A DNA stretch of 60,330 nucleotides, filler included, from Squatina squatina (taxonomy: Eukaryota), in assembly GCA_031763465.1 (NCBI GenBank). It is 4 parts of 4 records of this genome, joined end to end, with 100 filler letters (N's around TTAATTAATTAA, not from the genome) between each part and the next. Parts side by side here need not be neighbours in the genome. Positions count along the whole stretch, not along the records: positions 13,995 to 31,521 come from JARFOE010000163.1; positions 31,622 to 46,042 come from JARFOE010000222.1; 2 more parts are not named here. One strand, 5' to 3'. Positions 26,346-36,702 of this stretch are shown in pieces. Numbering within the stretch: the first letter of the stretch is position 1; each line of letters starts with the position of its first letter. A program made the translations under genes and the position numbers. The notes beneath the pieces were generated by a model. The model was given only the letters and a program-made list of their open reading frames with translations. It was not told the DNA's origin and searched no databases.

Positions 26346-27487
26346 TAGAACTGCCCACAGGCATTACAGTACGGGGCCATTCCCCTTATATGCCGAGATC
26401 TGCTCGCAGTAGATTAACAGCCTCTGCACTCGCACGTACTGTGCCAGAATCGCTTGCTCTAATATCAAACACTCTGGTTGTAGAATTTATGTACATTGCA
26501 AATAAAGATACATTGTTTTTACAAAACTGTGGGTGGCCAATTTGTCCTTTTTTTGGGCGCTAAAGTAGCTTTAAATCAGCTTTAACGGCGTATTGCCGAT
26601 TTTGGACGTTAACTTTAATGCTGNNNNNNNNNNNNNNNNNNNNNNNNNNNNNNNNNNNNNNNNNNNNNNNNNNNNNNNNNNNNNNNNNNNNNNNNNNNNN
26701 NNNNNNNNNNNNNNNNNNNNNNNGTGGGGGATGTGCAACGACATCCGGCAAGGAGCTGGCAGTCTCAGGGAAAAGAGGGGTGAGAAATCCCAAAACATAT
26801 TATACAGAAAAACAAATGGTAACAAGCAGATCCTGGATTAAACCGCACAAAGAGATTCAGCGTCCCAAAGCAGTGCCCAGCAACTCTTTCGGGTAGGAAT
26901 GCAGAGGTGCTGTTTCAGCGGCACTGCAGTATCTTCCCCCTGCAGCTTGTCAAGGTTATAATTACCGTATCCTGCCAGATGATTAATGCACCGAAACAGC
27001 CTCACAGACTGTAAATATAGACAGTGTCAACTTACCATTTCCCCTTTAAACAGCAAACACAAGAGCCCAGCTGGTACCAGAAGTGGAACTAAATGGTAGT
27101 AAAAACCTGCGCCAGCCTGGTTTTGTTGTGCGGGAGGTCCTGCAGATCTCTTTCTCTCTCTCTCTCTCATCCACTCTCTCCCTTTCTGTCTCGATCGCCT
27201 GCACACTGAAATGCTGACGTGAAATTAGAGGTCTGACCAGAGCTTTGCTCACAGTCAGCAAACCTGCACGGTTCCGAGGTGGGAAAAATCTCATTATCGA
27301 AGCAGAAAGTGGTGCAGTGTGGAGCAGTGGGCAGGGAAAGGAGAGCAGGTGCTGGCTCGGGGTTCGGGTTAGGTTCAGGCACGCTGCAGCTGAAATCTCT
27401 CGGAGTTGCTGAAAAGCCTGGTGATCACAAGGTGCAGAATTAATGTAAGGTGTGTGGGTGTGCGTTATATGTAGCCTGGCATGAGTG

Positions 27488-27876
27488 CCAGAGTAATGCA
27501 CAGTGCGGAGTGTGTTCCAGAGTAATGCAGAGCGTGGAGTGTGTTCCAGAGTAACACACAGCGTGGAGTGTGTTCCGGAGTAATGCAGAACGTGGAGTGT
27601 GTTCCAGAGTAACGCACAGCGTGGAGTGTGTTCCAGAGTAATGCAGAGCGTGGAGTGTGTTCCAAAGTAACACACAGCGCGGAGTGTGTTCCAGAGTAAT
27701 GCAGAGCGTGGAGTGTGTACCAGAGTAACACAGTGTGGAGCATGTTCCAGAGTAATGCACGGCCTGGAGTGTGGTCCAGAGTAACACAGTGTGGAGAGTG
27801 TTCCAGAGTAACGCACAGTGTGGAGAGTGTTCCAGAGTAACGCACAGTGTGGAGTGTGTTCCAGAGTAACGCACAG
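27488..27876. repeat. 29-bp minisatellite (about 13 copies, some 27-bp units)
   Basis: ccagagtaa at 27488, 27517, 27546 and onward; unit approximately ggagtgtgttccagagtaatgcagagcgt. Confidence 0.95.
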
Positions 27877-27976
27877 NNNNNNNNNNNNNNNNNNNNNNNN
27901 NNNNNNNNNNNNNNNNNNNNNNNNNNNNNNNNNNNNNNNNNNNNNNNNNNNNNNNNNNNNNNNNNNNNNNNNNNNN

Positions 27977-28327
27977 GAAGCACTTCCTGAGCCTGCAGTA
28001 CTGGCACTGGTTGCGGTGGTGCTGGTCGATGTGACAGTCTCGGTTGGACCTGCAGGTGTAGGACAAGTTGCGTCGGATGCTCCTCTTGAAGAAGCTCTTG
28101 CAGCCTTCACAGGTAAATTGACCGTAGTGTTTGCCACTGGCCCTGTCCCCACACACCACGCAGTCCACCTGGACCCCCTGCCTGTCCTGCTCCCCGAGCT
28201 CCGGGTCGCTGCCCCCGGTCTGGGAGGAGGACGGAGTAGGGCTCTCCAAGGATTCCTCCGCGCCATTGTGGGGGTAGGGCTTGGTGTCATCCCGGGGGTC
28301 TCCCCAGTCGCTGGCGGCCATGGCCAT
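27977..28327 (-). CDS. NR2F6: Nuclear receptor NR2F6 (EAR-2), first coding exon with C4 zinc-finger DNA-binding domain, 3' end lost in gap
   Basis: MAMAASDWG...[65 protein letters not shown]; SIRR, RSNRDC and KCF favour NR2F6 over NR2F1/2/5. Confidence 0.88.
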
Positions 28328-28368
28328 CTCCCCGCCAGTAAACCCCCACCTCACTCTCTCCCTCCCAG

Positions 28369-28661
28369 TCACTGAAGGCAGGAATCCAGGTGTTGGTTAA
28401 CGTCAGACGCCAGGATGGCAGAGTTACAGACGGGGCAGTTAACGAGCGCATTGTCGGCGCTGGTACCAGCCTCGCCAGCTAGGCCATCCCTGTGCGATGG
28501 TCCTGTGCCTGCACCATTCCGGCTGTGCCAATTCCTGGAGTCGGAGTTGGCTTCGTCCGACGCACTTGCTCCAGCAGATCGATCTGCTGCTGCCGATTTG
28601 CCCAATGTGTGCAAGGTGGACCCTTTGGGGAAGGGGGGCTCAGCCCGAACCTTTTTCCTGG
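28369..28661 (-). CDS. C-terminus of a UBZ4 ubiquitin-binding zinc-finger protein, SPRTN-like
   Basis: RKKVRAE (NLS-like)...[25 protein letters not shown]; resembles the recalled SPRTN end MVNCPVCQNEVLESQINEHLDWCLE; other UBZ4 proteins not excluded. Confidence 0.7.
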
Positions 28662-28913
28662 NNNNNNNNNNNNNNNNNNNNNNNNNNNNNNNNNNNNNNN
28701 NNNNNNNNNNNNNNNNNNNNNNNNNNNNNNNNNNNNNNNNNNNNNNNNNNNNNNNNNNNNNAAACAGGATCCTTAACCCTTGTAAACTGGCTGCCAGATC
28801 TCCCACCAAAGTGCCCTGCCTCAGAGCCACTCAAGGACCACACATTGATGCAAGCGATATAGGAACCATGTCTAAAAAAGCCACCTTGTCAAACAGTCTA
28901 AGCCCGTACTTAC

Positions 28914-29000
28914 TGTGGTGTTAGCTGGAGGAAGAAATATTCCAAGGATGAATGCTCCCAACAAAGGATTACTGATGACGCTCATCACTGTGAAGGAGCC
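28914..29000 (-). CDS. SLC5A5: Sodium/iodide symporter, internal 87-nt exon
   Basis: ctctag|...|gtaagt; [29 protein letters not shown] vs recalled human [29 protein letters not shown]; absent from the ORF track. Confidence 0.85.
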
Positions 29001-29152
29001 CTAGAGTGAAGTTCAAATATTTTACACCAGACCTTGTACGAGACCAGCTGGGCAATAGTGTATGAAGGGCAATATCAGCTCAGACACCCGTTAAACATCT
29101 CTCTCAGCTTTTGTTTCATTGGAAGCAGAAACAAAAACCAGTAAAGGTATTT

Positions 29153-29469
29153 CATAGAATCACAGAACGGTTACAGCATAGAGGAGGCCATTCGGTCCAT
29201 TGAGCCAGTGCTGGCTCTCTGTAAGAGCACTTCAGCCAGTCCCATTCCCCTGCCCTTTCCCCACAACCCTGCAAATATTTTTCTTCAGGTACTTATCCAA
29301 TTTCCTTTTGAAAGCTGTGATTGAATCTGCCTCCACCACCCTTTCAGGCAGTGAATTCCAGATCTTAAACCCTTGCTGCAGAAAAAATGTTTTTCCTCGT
29401 GTCGCCTTTGGTTCTTCTGCCAATCACCTTAAATCTGTGTCCTCTGGTCTTGACCCTGCTCCCAAAGGG
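29153..29469 (-). mobile_element. CR1-type LINE 3' end
   Basis: KTRGHRFKVIGRR and IWNSLPERVVEADSITAFKRKLDKYL; ttctatga-type tail. Confidence 0.85.
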
Positions 29470-29569
29470 NNNNNNNNNNNNNNNNNNNNNNNNNNNNNNN
29501 NNNNNNNNNNNNNNNNNNNNNNNNNNNNNNNNNNNNNNNNNNNNNNNNNNNNNNNNNNNNNNNNNNNNN

Positions 29570-30128
29570 AGGACCAACCCCGCTGAGAGCTAAGAATGGA
29601 GACATGCTCATCAAGGACAGAGAGGCAGTAAGCACCCGCTGGAAGGAGCACTTTGAGGAACTCCTCAACCAAGACTCGGTCCTCGGTTTGAAAGCCCTTG
29701 ATTCCATCCCACAGCATCCTACCCGCCACTCTCTCTGCACAACTCCTGCCCGACACGAGGTTGAAAAGGCCATCCGGCAGCTGAAAACCAACAAGGCCTC
29801 CGGCGCAGATGGAATCCCCGCCGAAATACTAAAGTACGGCAGAGAGGCACTCATGGCATGAATCCATGACCTCATCTGGGAGGAGAAGAGCATGCCAGGG
29901 GATCTCCGAGACGCTGTAATCATGACTATCTTCAAGAAAGGAGACAAGTCTGATTGCGGAAACTACAGAGGGGTCTCCCTGCTGTCCACCACAGGGAAGC
30001 TCGCCGCAAAAATCCTCCTCAACCATCTCCTTCCAGTGGCCAAAAAGCTCCTTCCAGAGTCACAAAATGGATTCCACCAATCAAGAGGCACAATGGACAT
30101 GATCTTCAGCACACGGCAAGTCCAATAA
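29570..30128 (+). mobile_element. RTE-clade LINE reverse-transcriptase fragment, disrupted
   Basis: RWKEHFEELLN...KASGADGIPAEILK...FKKGDKSDCGNYRGVSLLS...LPESQNGF..SRGTMDMIF; contains stops and a frameshift. Confidence 0.88.
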
Positions 30129-30250
30129 ATACCACCTGCTCCACCTGTGGNNNNNNNNNNNNNNNNNNNNNNNNNNNNNNNNNNNNNNNNNNNNNNNNNN
30201 NNNNNNNNNNNNNNNNNNNNNNNNNNNNNNNNNNNNNNNNNNNNNNNNNN

Positions 30251-30497
30251 ATTTCTTCTCTCAGAGGGTCGTGAATCTTTGGAATTCTTTACCCCAGTGA
30301 GCTGTGGAGGCTGAGTCATTGAATATATTCAAGGTTGAGATAGACAGATTTTTGAGCAACAGGGGAGTCAAAGGTTATGGGAAACAGGAAGGAAAGTGGA
30401 GTTGAGGCCAGAATCAGACCAGCCATGATCTCATTGAATGGTGGAGCAGACTCAAGGGGTCGAATGGCCTACTCCTGCTCTTATTTATTATATTCTT
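30251..30497 (+). mobile_element. CR1-type LINE 3' end
   Basis: FFSQRVVNLWNSLP-type coding followed by the gaatggcctactcctgctc tail. Confidence 0.8.
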
Positions 30498-30802
30498 AAG
30501 TAACTCCGCTTTCCTGCCTGATCCCCATATCTCCTGATTCCCTTAGTGTTCAGAAATCTATCGATCTCAGTCATGAATATGCTCAACGGTGCAAGTCTAT
30601 AAACGATGTATAAGTGAGAAGAAAGCAAAACTCTCAATCATAACAGATTAAACCAAATCATGTACATCGTACAGTTCTCAGCTCGTTTTCAGCACCCTTA
30701 TCATTCTGTATTTCCCAGCAGGCAGCACAGAGCATCCTTTGCTTCCAAAGTACTCGATGACTGACTCTCTTGCTAATCAATTCATTCTCATTCCATTTGA
30801 AG

Positions 30803-31100
30803 CTACAAATCCTGCATTCCAGCTAGCCTCCGTTGTCAGATCCAGCAGCACAACTTCCTGACAAGGAAGAGAATCCGAAGAAAGTTCTACAAATTCCTGA
30901 AGAAAATCAGCCACTGCGAGGCGGACCTCAGATACCTGAAGCTGAAGTACCTCATGGACATGGAAAGCTTGGAAACCGTGTCCAGCAAGGAGATCTTCCA
31001 CGTGAAAGACCCAAAGTGGGACCATCAAGGCCAGGAGGTTCACAAGTCCATCTGTGTCTCAGGAGAACACGGAATTCAGTGGAGTCTAAAGGAGGATGAG
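30803..31100 (+). CDS. JAK3: Janus kinase 3, FERM-domain exon
   Basis: 298-nt AG/GT exon: (S)YKSCIPASLRCQIQQHNFLTRKRIRRKFYKFLKKISHCEADLRYLKLKYLMDMESLE...CVSGEHGIQWSLKEDE; JAK family is clear, JAK3 chosen from exon length and neighbours; the ORF track shows a different frame. Confidence 0.82.
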
Positions 31101-31193
31101 GTTTGTGCTTATTTTTGGTACAGCTTGTGAGCGGACAGTAAAGGGAATTCAGCTGAATGGAGCATTCTCATCTTTAGCCAAATCTAGGCGACT

Positions 31194-31515
31194 CATAGAA
31201 TGATACAGCACCAAAGGAGGCCACTCGGCCCATTATGCCCATGCCAACTTGCTGCAAGAGCTATCAAATAACCCCACTCCCCACAGCCCTGCAAGCCTTT
31301 CCTTTTTAGGTAGAAATACATTCCCTGTTGGAAGTTACTATTGAATCTGCTTCCACCGCCCTTTCAAACATCACATTCCAGATCACAACAACTCGCTGTG
31401 TAAAAAAATTCTGCTCATTTCCCCCCTGCCCTTTTTTCCAATTGTCTTAAATCTCTATCCTTTAGTTACCGGACCTCCTGGAAAAGTTTCTGTCTATCTA
31501 TCTACTCTATCAAAA
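31194..31515 (-). mobile_element. CR1-type LINE 3' end
   Basis: Highly similar to 29153-29469. Confidence 0.75.
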
Positions 31516-31565
31516 GGGTGCNNNNNNNNNNNNNNNNNNNNNNNNNNNNNNNNNNNNNNNNNNNN

Positions 31566-31577
31566 TTAATTAATTAA
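31566..31577. other. Artificial scaffold-joining spacer TTAATTAATTAA
   Basis: Same linker centred in an N block. Confidence 0.97.
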
Positions 31578-33667
31578 NNNNNNNNNNNNNNNNNNNNNNN
31601 NNNNNNNNNNNNNNNNNNNNNAAATCGTAGTGTTTACATGGTTGTGAATAATTCAGTATAGCTGTTGTATTACACCAAAACTGAAATATTTACTGCCTTG
31701 TAATTAAGGAAGTCTGAATGACCTTCCATAGAGTGTTGAGTGGCTAGATCAAATATGAGCACAGTACTATGTGGGCCCACAGCAGTTAATGTGCACAACC
31801 CTAGCTAAATGTTACACAGGGCCCTAATTTTCTTTCTTCTTCCCCCATCCCATTCCTGTTTTGGTCTCAAGGGCTTGAAAAGTATTTTTGAACCACAGAC
31901 TGCTTTGAATATTGTGTTTTTGCAGATCACTGTAGCCTGTTGGGGGAATTGAGTGACAGGGTTATACACTGTATTTTAACTTTTAAGGGTAGCTGGTAAT
32001 GATAATTGTCAAGTTATCTCACTGAAATTAGTCTGGGATAAGGATCGACATCAGTGACTCTGCAGTACAAAATTGAGACAATAATTATAATGCTTTGTTT
32101 TCCCTGAGGGTCGGGTGGGATAGAAGACATTCAGGACAACTGCCTGGGAAAAATGCACCCCTGGCAAATCAGAGATGTATTTTTTTGCGTCAGTCTTGTG
32201 TGGCCGATATACCTTGAAATAGGCTACAAATTATCCCACAATTTTACCAAATGAGTAATCGGTTCTCTCATAGAAAAGTGGTGCTTCCCCCTTCCTATCA
32301 CAAAACAGTTTGTCTAGAGTGTTTTAAAACACACCAAAGGTTTTGATTCGAAAGCAATTCTAAACAACTATATTACCCTGAAAATACTTTCTATATCAAT
32401 TACTTTCTAGCTTTTATTTTTTTGCCTGAACCCATGACAGTGAAGACCGTTCATGTATTTCGTTCTTTGCTGAGCCCAGTAAAGTAAACACAGTGCTATT
32501 AATGTGGAAATAGTGAAATCAACCTACGAATTTTAACTCGGTTGACATCTTAATGTTTACCGAAAATTTGATCAATTTCTTGGCATGCAAACACACAACG
32601 CGTTTTACAATGAGATCGGAGACTTAATTTTCGTTACCCCAATACTATACTGGAGTTTTAAAAAGTGTCGTAATTAGTACGGAGACTCGAAATGCCTGTT
32701 GTTTAGTACGAATCTTAAATGTAACGCCCTGGATGAGCTATTAATACGTCTAGAAAGCTTCTTATCCGAATGCTGAAAAACCAAGTGCAAGGCGGTTTTA
32801 AGAGGTTATTTTCATTCCTTGAAAACGATGTGATAATTTCTAAGACTGCCTTTTAGTTCCCAGTGATTGTATCACCTGCTCGCATTGCTATGGTGAGACT
32901 CGAACTGCCAGTTCAAAATGTCTATAATAAAAACATATTAAAACCTCAGACCCAGGTTGATAGTTTAAGAATAGAAAGGCAATACTTCGTTTCGTGTCTT
33001 CGAGCACATCATCGCTGTTTAATAGTTTTTATTCTGTACACTCACCCATCCACTTTCAGATAAACAATCCACAAAATTGAAATCGGTTATTGGCAGAAAA
33101 TCCGAGTTTCAGGTAAAAAAATCCGCCAAGAAAATTGAAACATGTTTACGTCGTATAAAAAGGAAGCCAGTTTAAGCTTTTAAAATATAACTGACGCACT
33201 GTTAACCCCTTGAGCACCTTCTAGTAAAAGTTACTGAGCTGGTCGGGCTTGCTGTGGCTATGCTCAGCCTCCACCGAAATCATCCAACTCACTGTGAAAT
33301 TTGTCAAATTTTAGAATGTAAGAGTAATTTAACAGAAATCACACAGTGAAAGCATTTTTCACAAAATAGTCGGGAAAAAAACCTCGATTATTGATCTGGG
33401 GTGATTGATGTATTTGTAGAATCTTAGCAATTAGTAATCCGTGTTTCGAAATGATATCTGTGGAATACTCGGTATAAAGTCACTTCAATGAATCTAAGTG
33501 ATGTAATATGTAGATTTCAGGTTGGTTGCGTGCGGGAGGCGACTTCTGAGCTGTGTTTGCTGCGGCTGTCAGGACGATGGCGCTGTGAACTGACTCCTCT
33601 ATCGTAGGTTTCACGCTTCGCTAGTACTACTCCGCAGGCGCCTGCCTCTCACTCTCGCTTCGATCGG

Positions 33668-34230
33668 GGTGGGGGCGGGAAGAGAGTGAGAGAGGCAGGG
33701 CGGGTGAGAGAGAGAGAGAGAGACAGAGACAGGTAGGGCAGACGACAGAAGAGAGAGAGGGGCAGGGCAGGTGAGAGAGAAGGGGGCAGAGCAGGCGATA
33801 TAGAAGCAGGGCAAAAGCGAGAGAGGGAGAGAGGCGGGGCAGTCAAGGGAGAGAGGGGCAGGGCGGGTGAGAGAGAGTGTCGAGGCAGGATGGCTGAGAG
33901 AGAGAGAGAGGGGAGGGAGGGCGAGAGAGAGAGGGGCAGGGCAGGAGAGCAAGAGAAAGAGAGAGGGAGAGGAGGGCACGGCAGGACGGTGAGAGAGAGA
34001 GAGAGCGAGAGAGGGGGCAGGGCGGGTGAGAAAGAGGCAGTGCGGGCAAGAGAGAGAGAGAGGGGGGTCAGGACAGGCGAGAGAGAGAGAGTGGGGGCAG
34101 GGCAGGCGTAAAAGAGGCAGTGCGGGCGAGAGAGAGAGAGGGGGCAGGGTGGGTGAGAGAGACAGAGTGGGCAGGATGAGAGAGAGGAGGCAGGGTGAGA
34201 GAGGAGGCAGGGAGAGAGGGGGCAGAAGTA
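33668..34230. repeat. Purine-rich low-complexity tract, (GA)n alternating with GGGCAGGGC
   Basis: Directly visible; produces the spurious RE-rich and LS-rich ORFs in the track. Confidence 0.9.
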
Positions 34231-34353
34231 AAGCTGGGGCTGAGTTTGCTGGCACGGCTCGGCACGGCCCATACGATCTGATCCGGCTCGATGCAGCCCG
34301 ATGCAGAGCAGGAAAGGGCCGGGATTTGCTGTTGGCTCTCGGCCCGGTTTACC

Positions 34354-34494
34354 ATGGCGGCGTATGGAATCCGATCTCTTGTTGCCATTACAAGGATCCG
34401 ATCAGGGAGATGGCGGGGGGTCTGCGAGGGTTCGGGTCCAAGTTCTCCAAATCAGCAGAAAGGCCGGTCCGGATGGGCCGAGAGCAGAGAGTGG
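34354..34494 (+). CDS. Candidate first coding exon of an unidentified gene
   Basis: accATGGCGGCG (optimal Kozak context) in CpG-rich sequence; MAAYGIRSLVAITRIRSGRWRG... open up to the gap; no homologue recognised. Confidence 0.3.
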
Positions 34495-35196
34495 NNNNNN
34501 NNNNNNNNNNNNNNNNNNNNNNNNNNNNNNNNNNNNNNNNNNNNNNNNNNNNNNNNNNNNNNNNNNNNNNNNNNNNNNNNNNNNNNNNNNNNNNNNNNNN
34601 NNNNNNNNNNNNNNNNNNNNNNNNNNNNNNNNNNNNNNNNNNNNNNNNNNNNNNNNNNNNNNNNNNNNNNNNNNNNNNNNNNNNNNNNNNNNNNNNNNNN
34701 NNNNNNNNNNNNNNNNNNNNNNNNNNNNNNNNNNNNNNNNNNNNNNNNNNNNNNNNNNNNNNNNNNNNNNNNNNNNNNNNNNNNNNNNNNNNNNNNNNNN
34801 NNNNNNNNNNNNNNNNNNNNNNNNNNNNNNNNNNNNNNNNNNNNNNNNGACCTTTCTGACCTTTTTACACGCGCGCAAAAAAATGATTCCACCCAGCCAG
34901 TGGTTTTCTCATTTATTTCCAACGGACCCGCTTTAAAACCCTGCAGTTCTTGCTCTGCTTGGGGTTAAGCTTGAATTCCCCTACGTTTGAAAAGGGATAC
35001 TGCAACTTCAAAGGCCTTTTTAGAAAGATGAAGTAAACGGCTTTTTTTTTGCTTCAACAACTCTGCTTGAGATGTGGTTGACTAATGTCGACGAGCATCG
35101 CAAGTCTGCACTTCAGAGTAGAAATGACCCCGAAATATATCACCATCTCCATTTAAGGATTTCAATTTTTTTTAATGAACTTTTCTTGATTTGTAG

Positions 35197-35336
35197 ATGG
35201 CTTTCCAGAAGCAAAAAAAATCAATACGAAGACAGAGACAGACTGGTCAGCAAATTCTCCCAGTATGAGTGCATTAGAGAAGACGCCGAAAAAATCGATC
35301 TCGAGCGGACATCAAACATAAAACAAAAGTCACAAG
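35197..35336 (+). CDS. Candidate 140-nt internal exon, unidentified
   Basis: Pyrimidine-rich ttgtag acceptor and aag|gtagt donor; open frame WLSRSKKNQYEDRDRLVSKFSQYECIREDAEKIDLERTSNIKQKSQ. Confidence 0.3.
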
Positions 35337-36154
35337 GTAGTGTTTATTTACCTTTTTCTCTTGACTGTCTCCTCCCAAAATGGTTTACAAACTCACGGTT
35401 TAAAATACGATAGAATCAGAGGTAGCAATGAGAGTCTGTCTCGTACTGACCAATCGGCCTCGCTGCCCCAGGTTGAGGATTTGAAACTGTACGCAGGGTT
35501 GCAGTGTCACTGATGGTGTTTCTTTGCTTTATTTTCAAAACGACACGTATGCACAGGTGATTATTTCCAGCTGCTTTACAAATAACTAGATACACACGAG
35601 CGTCCTGCACAAGTATTGAAACATCTTGGTGTCTTTTCCTTCCCTCCACAATAATGTACAACCAGTTTGTCCCCTAATTGTCGTCAATACAGAAGGACGC
35701 TGAGAACTGACTGTGAAAACGTAATACATTATGCGGGGGAGTGCGGAACCACAACAGTAGTGTGTGTATGCCTTTGTAAGCTTTATACATTGTACGGTTT
35801 TGCTGTTTAAGTCCAACATCCACCATAAGATGTATTACAAAGGGGAAAATAATCACGTTAAAAACTGATCGCGAGACCAAGCTATTCTTTATCTCACCAG
35901 CTAAGCATAAACAGCCATAAAAATAACACCTTGAGGTAAGCGTCCAAAGAAGTATAATGGCTGCAGTAACGTAAATATGTTGGTTAAAGTCTTTGCATTC
36001 TTTTCACGGCTTTGGCATGATGATTTCTGCTTTGATTCTGTAAATTATGGTTTAAAACATGTTAGAAGAGGGCCTATGTAGTATACAGACTACACCATTG
36101 GACTAAATGTACAAACAAGGGGTGGGTGGGGGAGCAGCTATACGGAGAGCTCAC

Positions 36155-36702
36155 CTGTCTATACTGATCACACACAGAGTCATGATCGAGGCGGTGCAGC
36201 ACATCACGTCCATGGCGATGAAGACGTTGCAGAAGGCTTGGCCGAAGATCCACTGGCCGCCGATCAGGTCGGTGACGATGACAAAGGGCATGACGGCCAG
36301 GGCCACCGACAGGTCGGCCAGGGCGAGCGACACGATCAGGTAGTTGGACGGCTGCCGCAGCTTCTTCACGAAGCACACCGAGATCATCACCAGGCAGTTG
36401 CCGGAGACGGTGAGCAAGGTGATGACGGACAGGATGGCCCCGAGCACCACCTTCTCCGTGTCGCCGTAGGGCAGGATATGCTGGCCGCAGTTGGTGCCGT
36501 TGTGCGGCCGGGGAGCGAGGGGAGTCGGCCGAGCGCTCGGGGTGGGATAGTGGGCGATCTGGAGCAGCCGGGGATCCAGGGAGCCGGCGATCATCACAGG
36601 GCTGCTGAGCTCTGGTAGGCTTCCCTCCAAGGTGTGCCAGCGGATATTGCTTGCATAGCTGCCGTTAATGTCCATAATCAGGTCTGAGGCTGCCCAGAGC
36701 AT
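36155..36702 (-). CDS. HTR7: 5-hydroxytryptamine receptor 7 (or paralogue), exon 1: N-terminus to TM3
   Basis: GNCLVMISVCFVKKLRQPSNYLIVSLALADLSVALAVMPFV..DLIGGQWIFG..FCNVFIAMDVMCCTASIMTLCVISIDR, ending GACAG|GTGAG at the DR/Y intron; start is ATG 36702 or 36675 (MDING). Confidence 0.93.

Noticed and set aside
27046-28372. Long ORFs fusing NR2F6 to a His/Cys-rich repeat protein
   Set aside because: Read-through across an N gap into a minisatellite
28369-28830. 153-aa ORF as a complete gene
   Set aside because: It spans a gap; the part beyond 28762 is intron sequence next to the SLC5A5 exon
30833-31099. 88-aa ORF MSDPAAQLPDK...
   Set aside because: Shadow frame of the JAK3 exon
33611-34272. 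Leu/Ser/Pro-rich and Arg/Glu-rich ORFs
   Set aside because: Translations of the (GA)n low-complexity tract
36238-36618. Plus-strand 126-aa ORF
   Set aside because: Antisense shadow of GC3-rich HTR7 coding sequence
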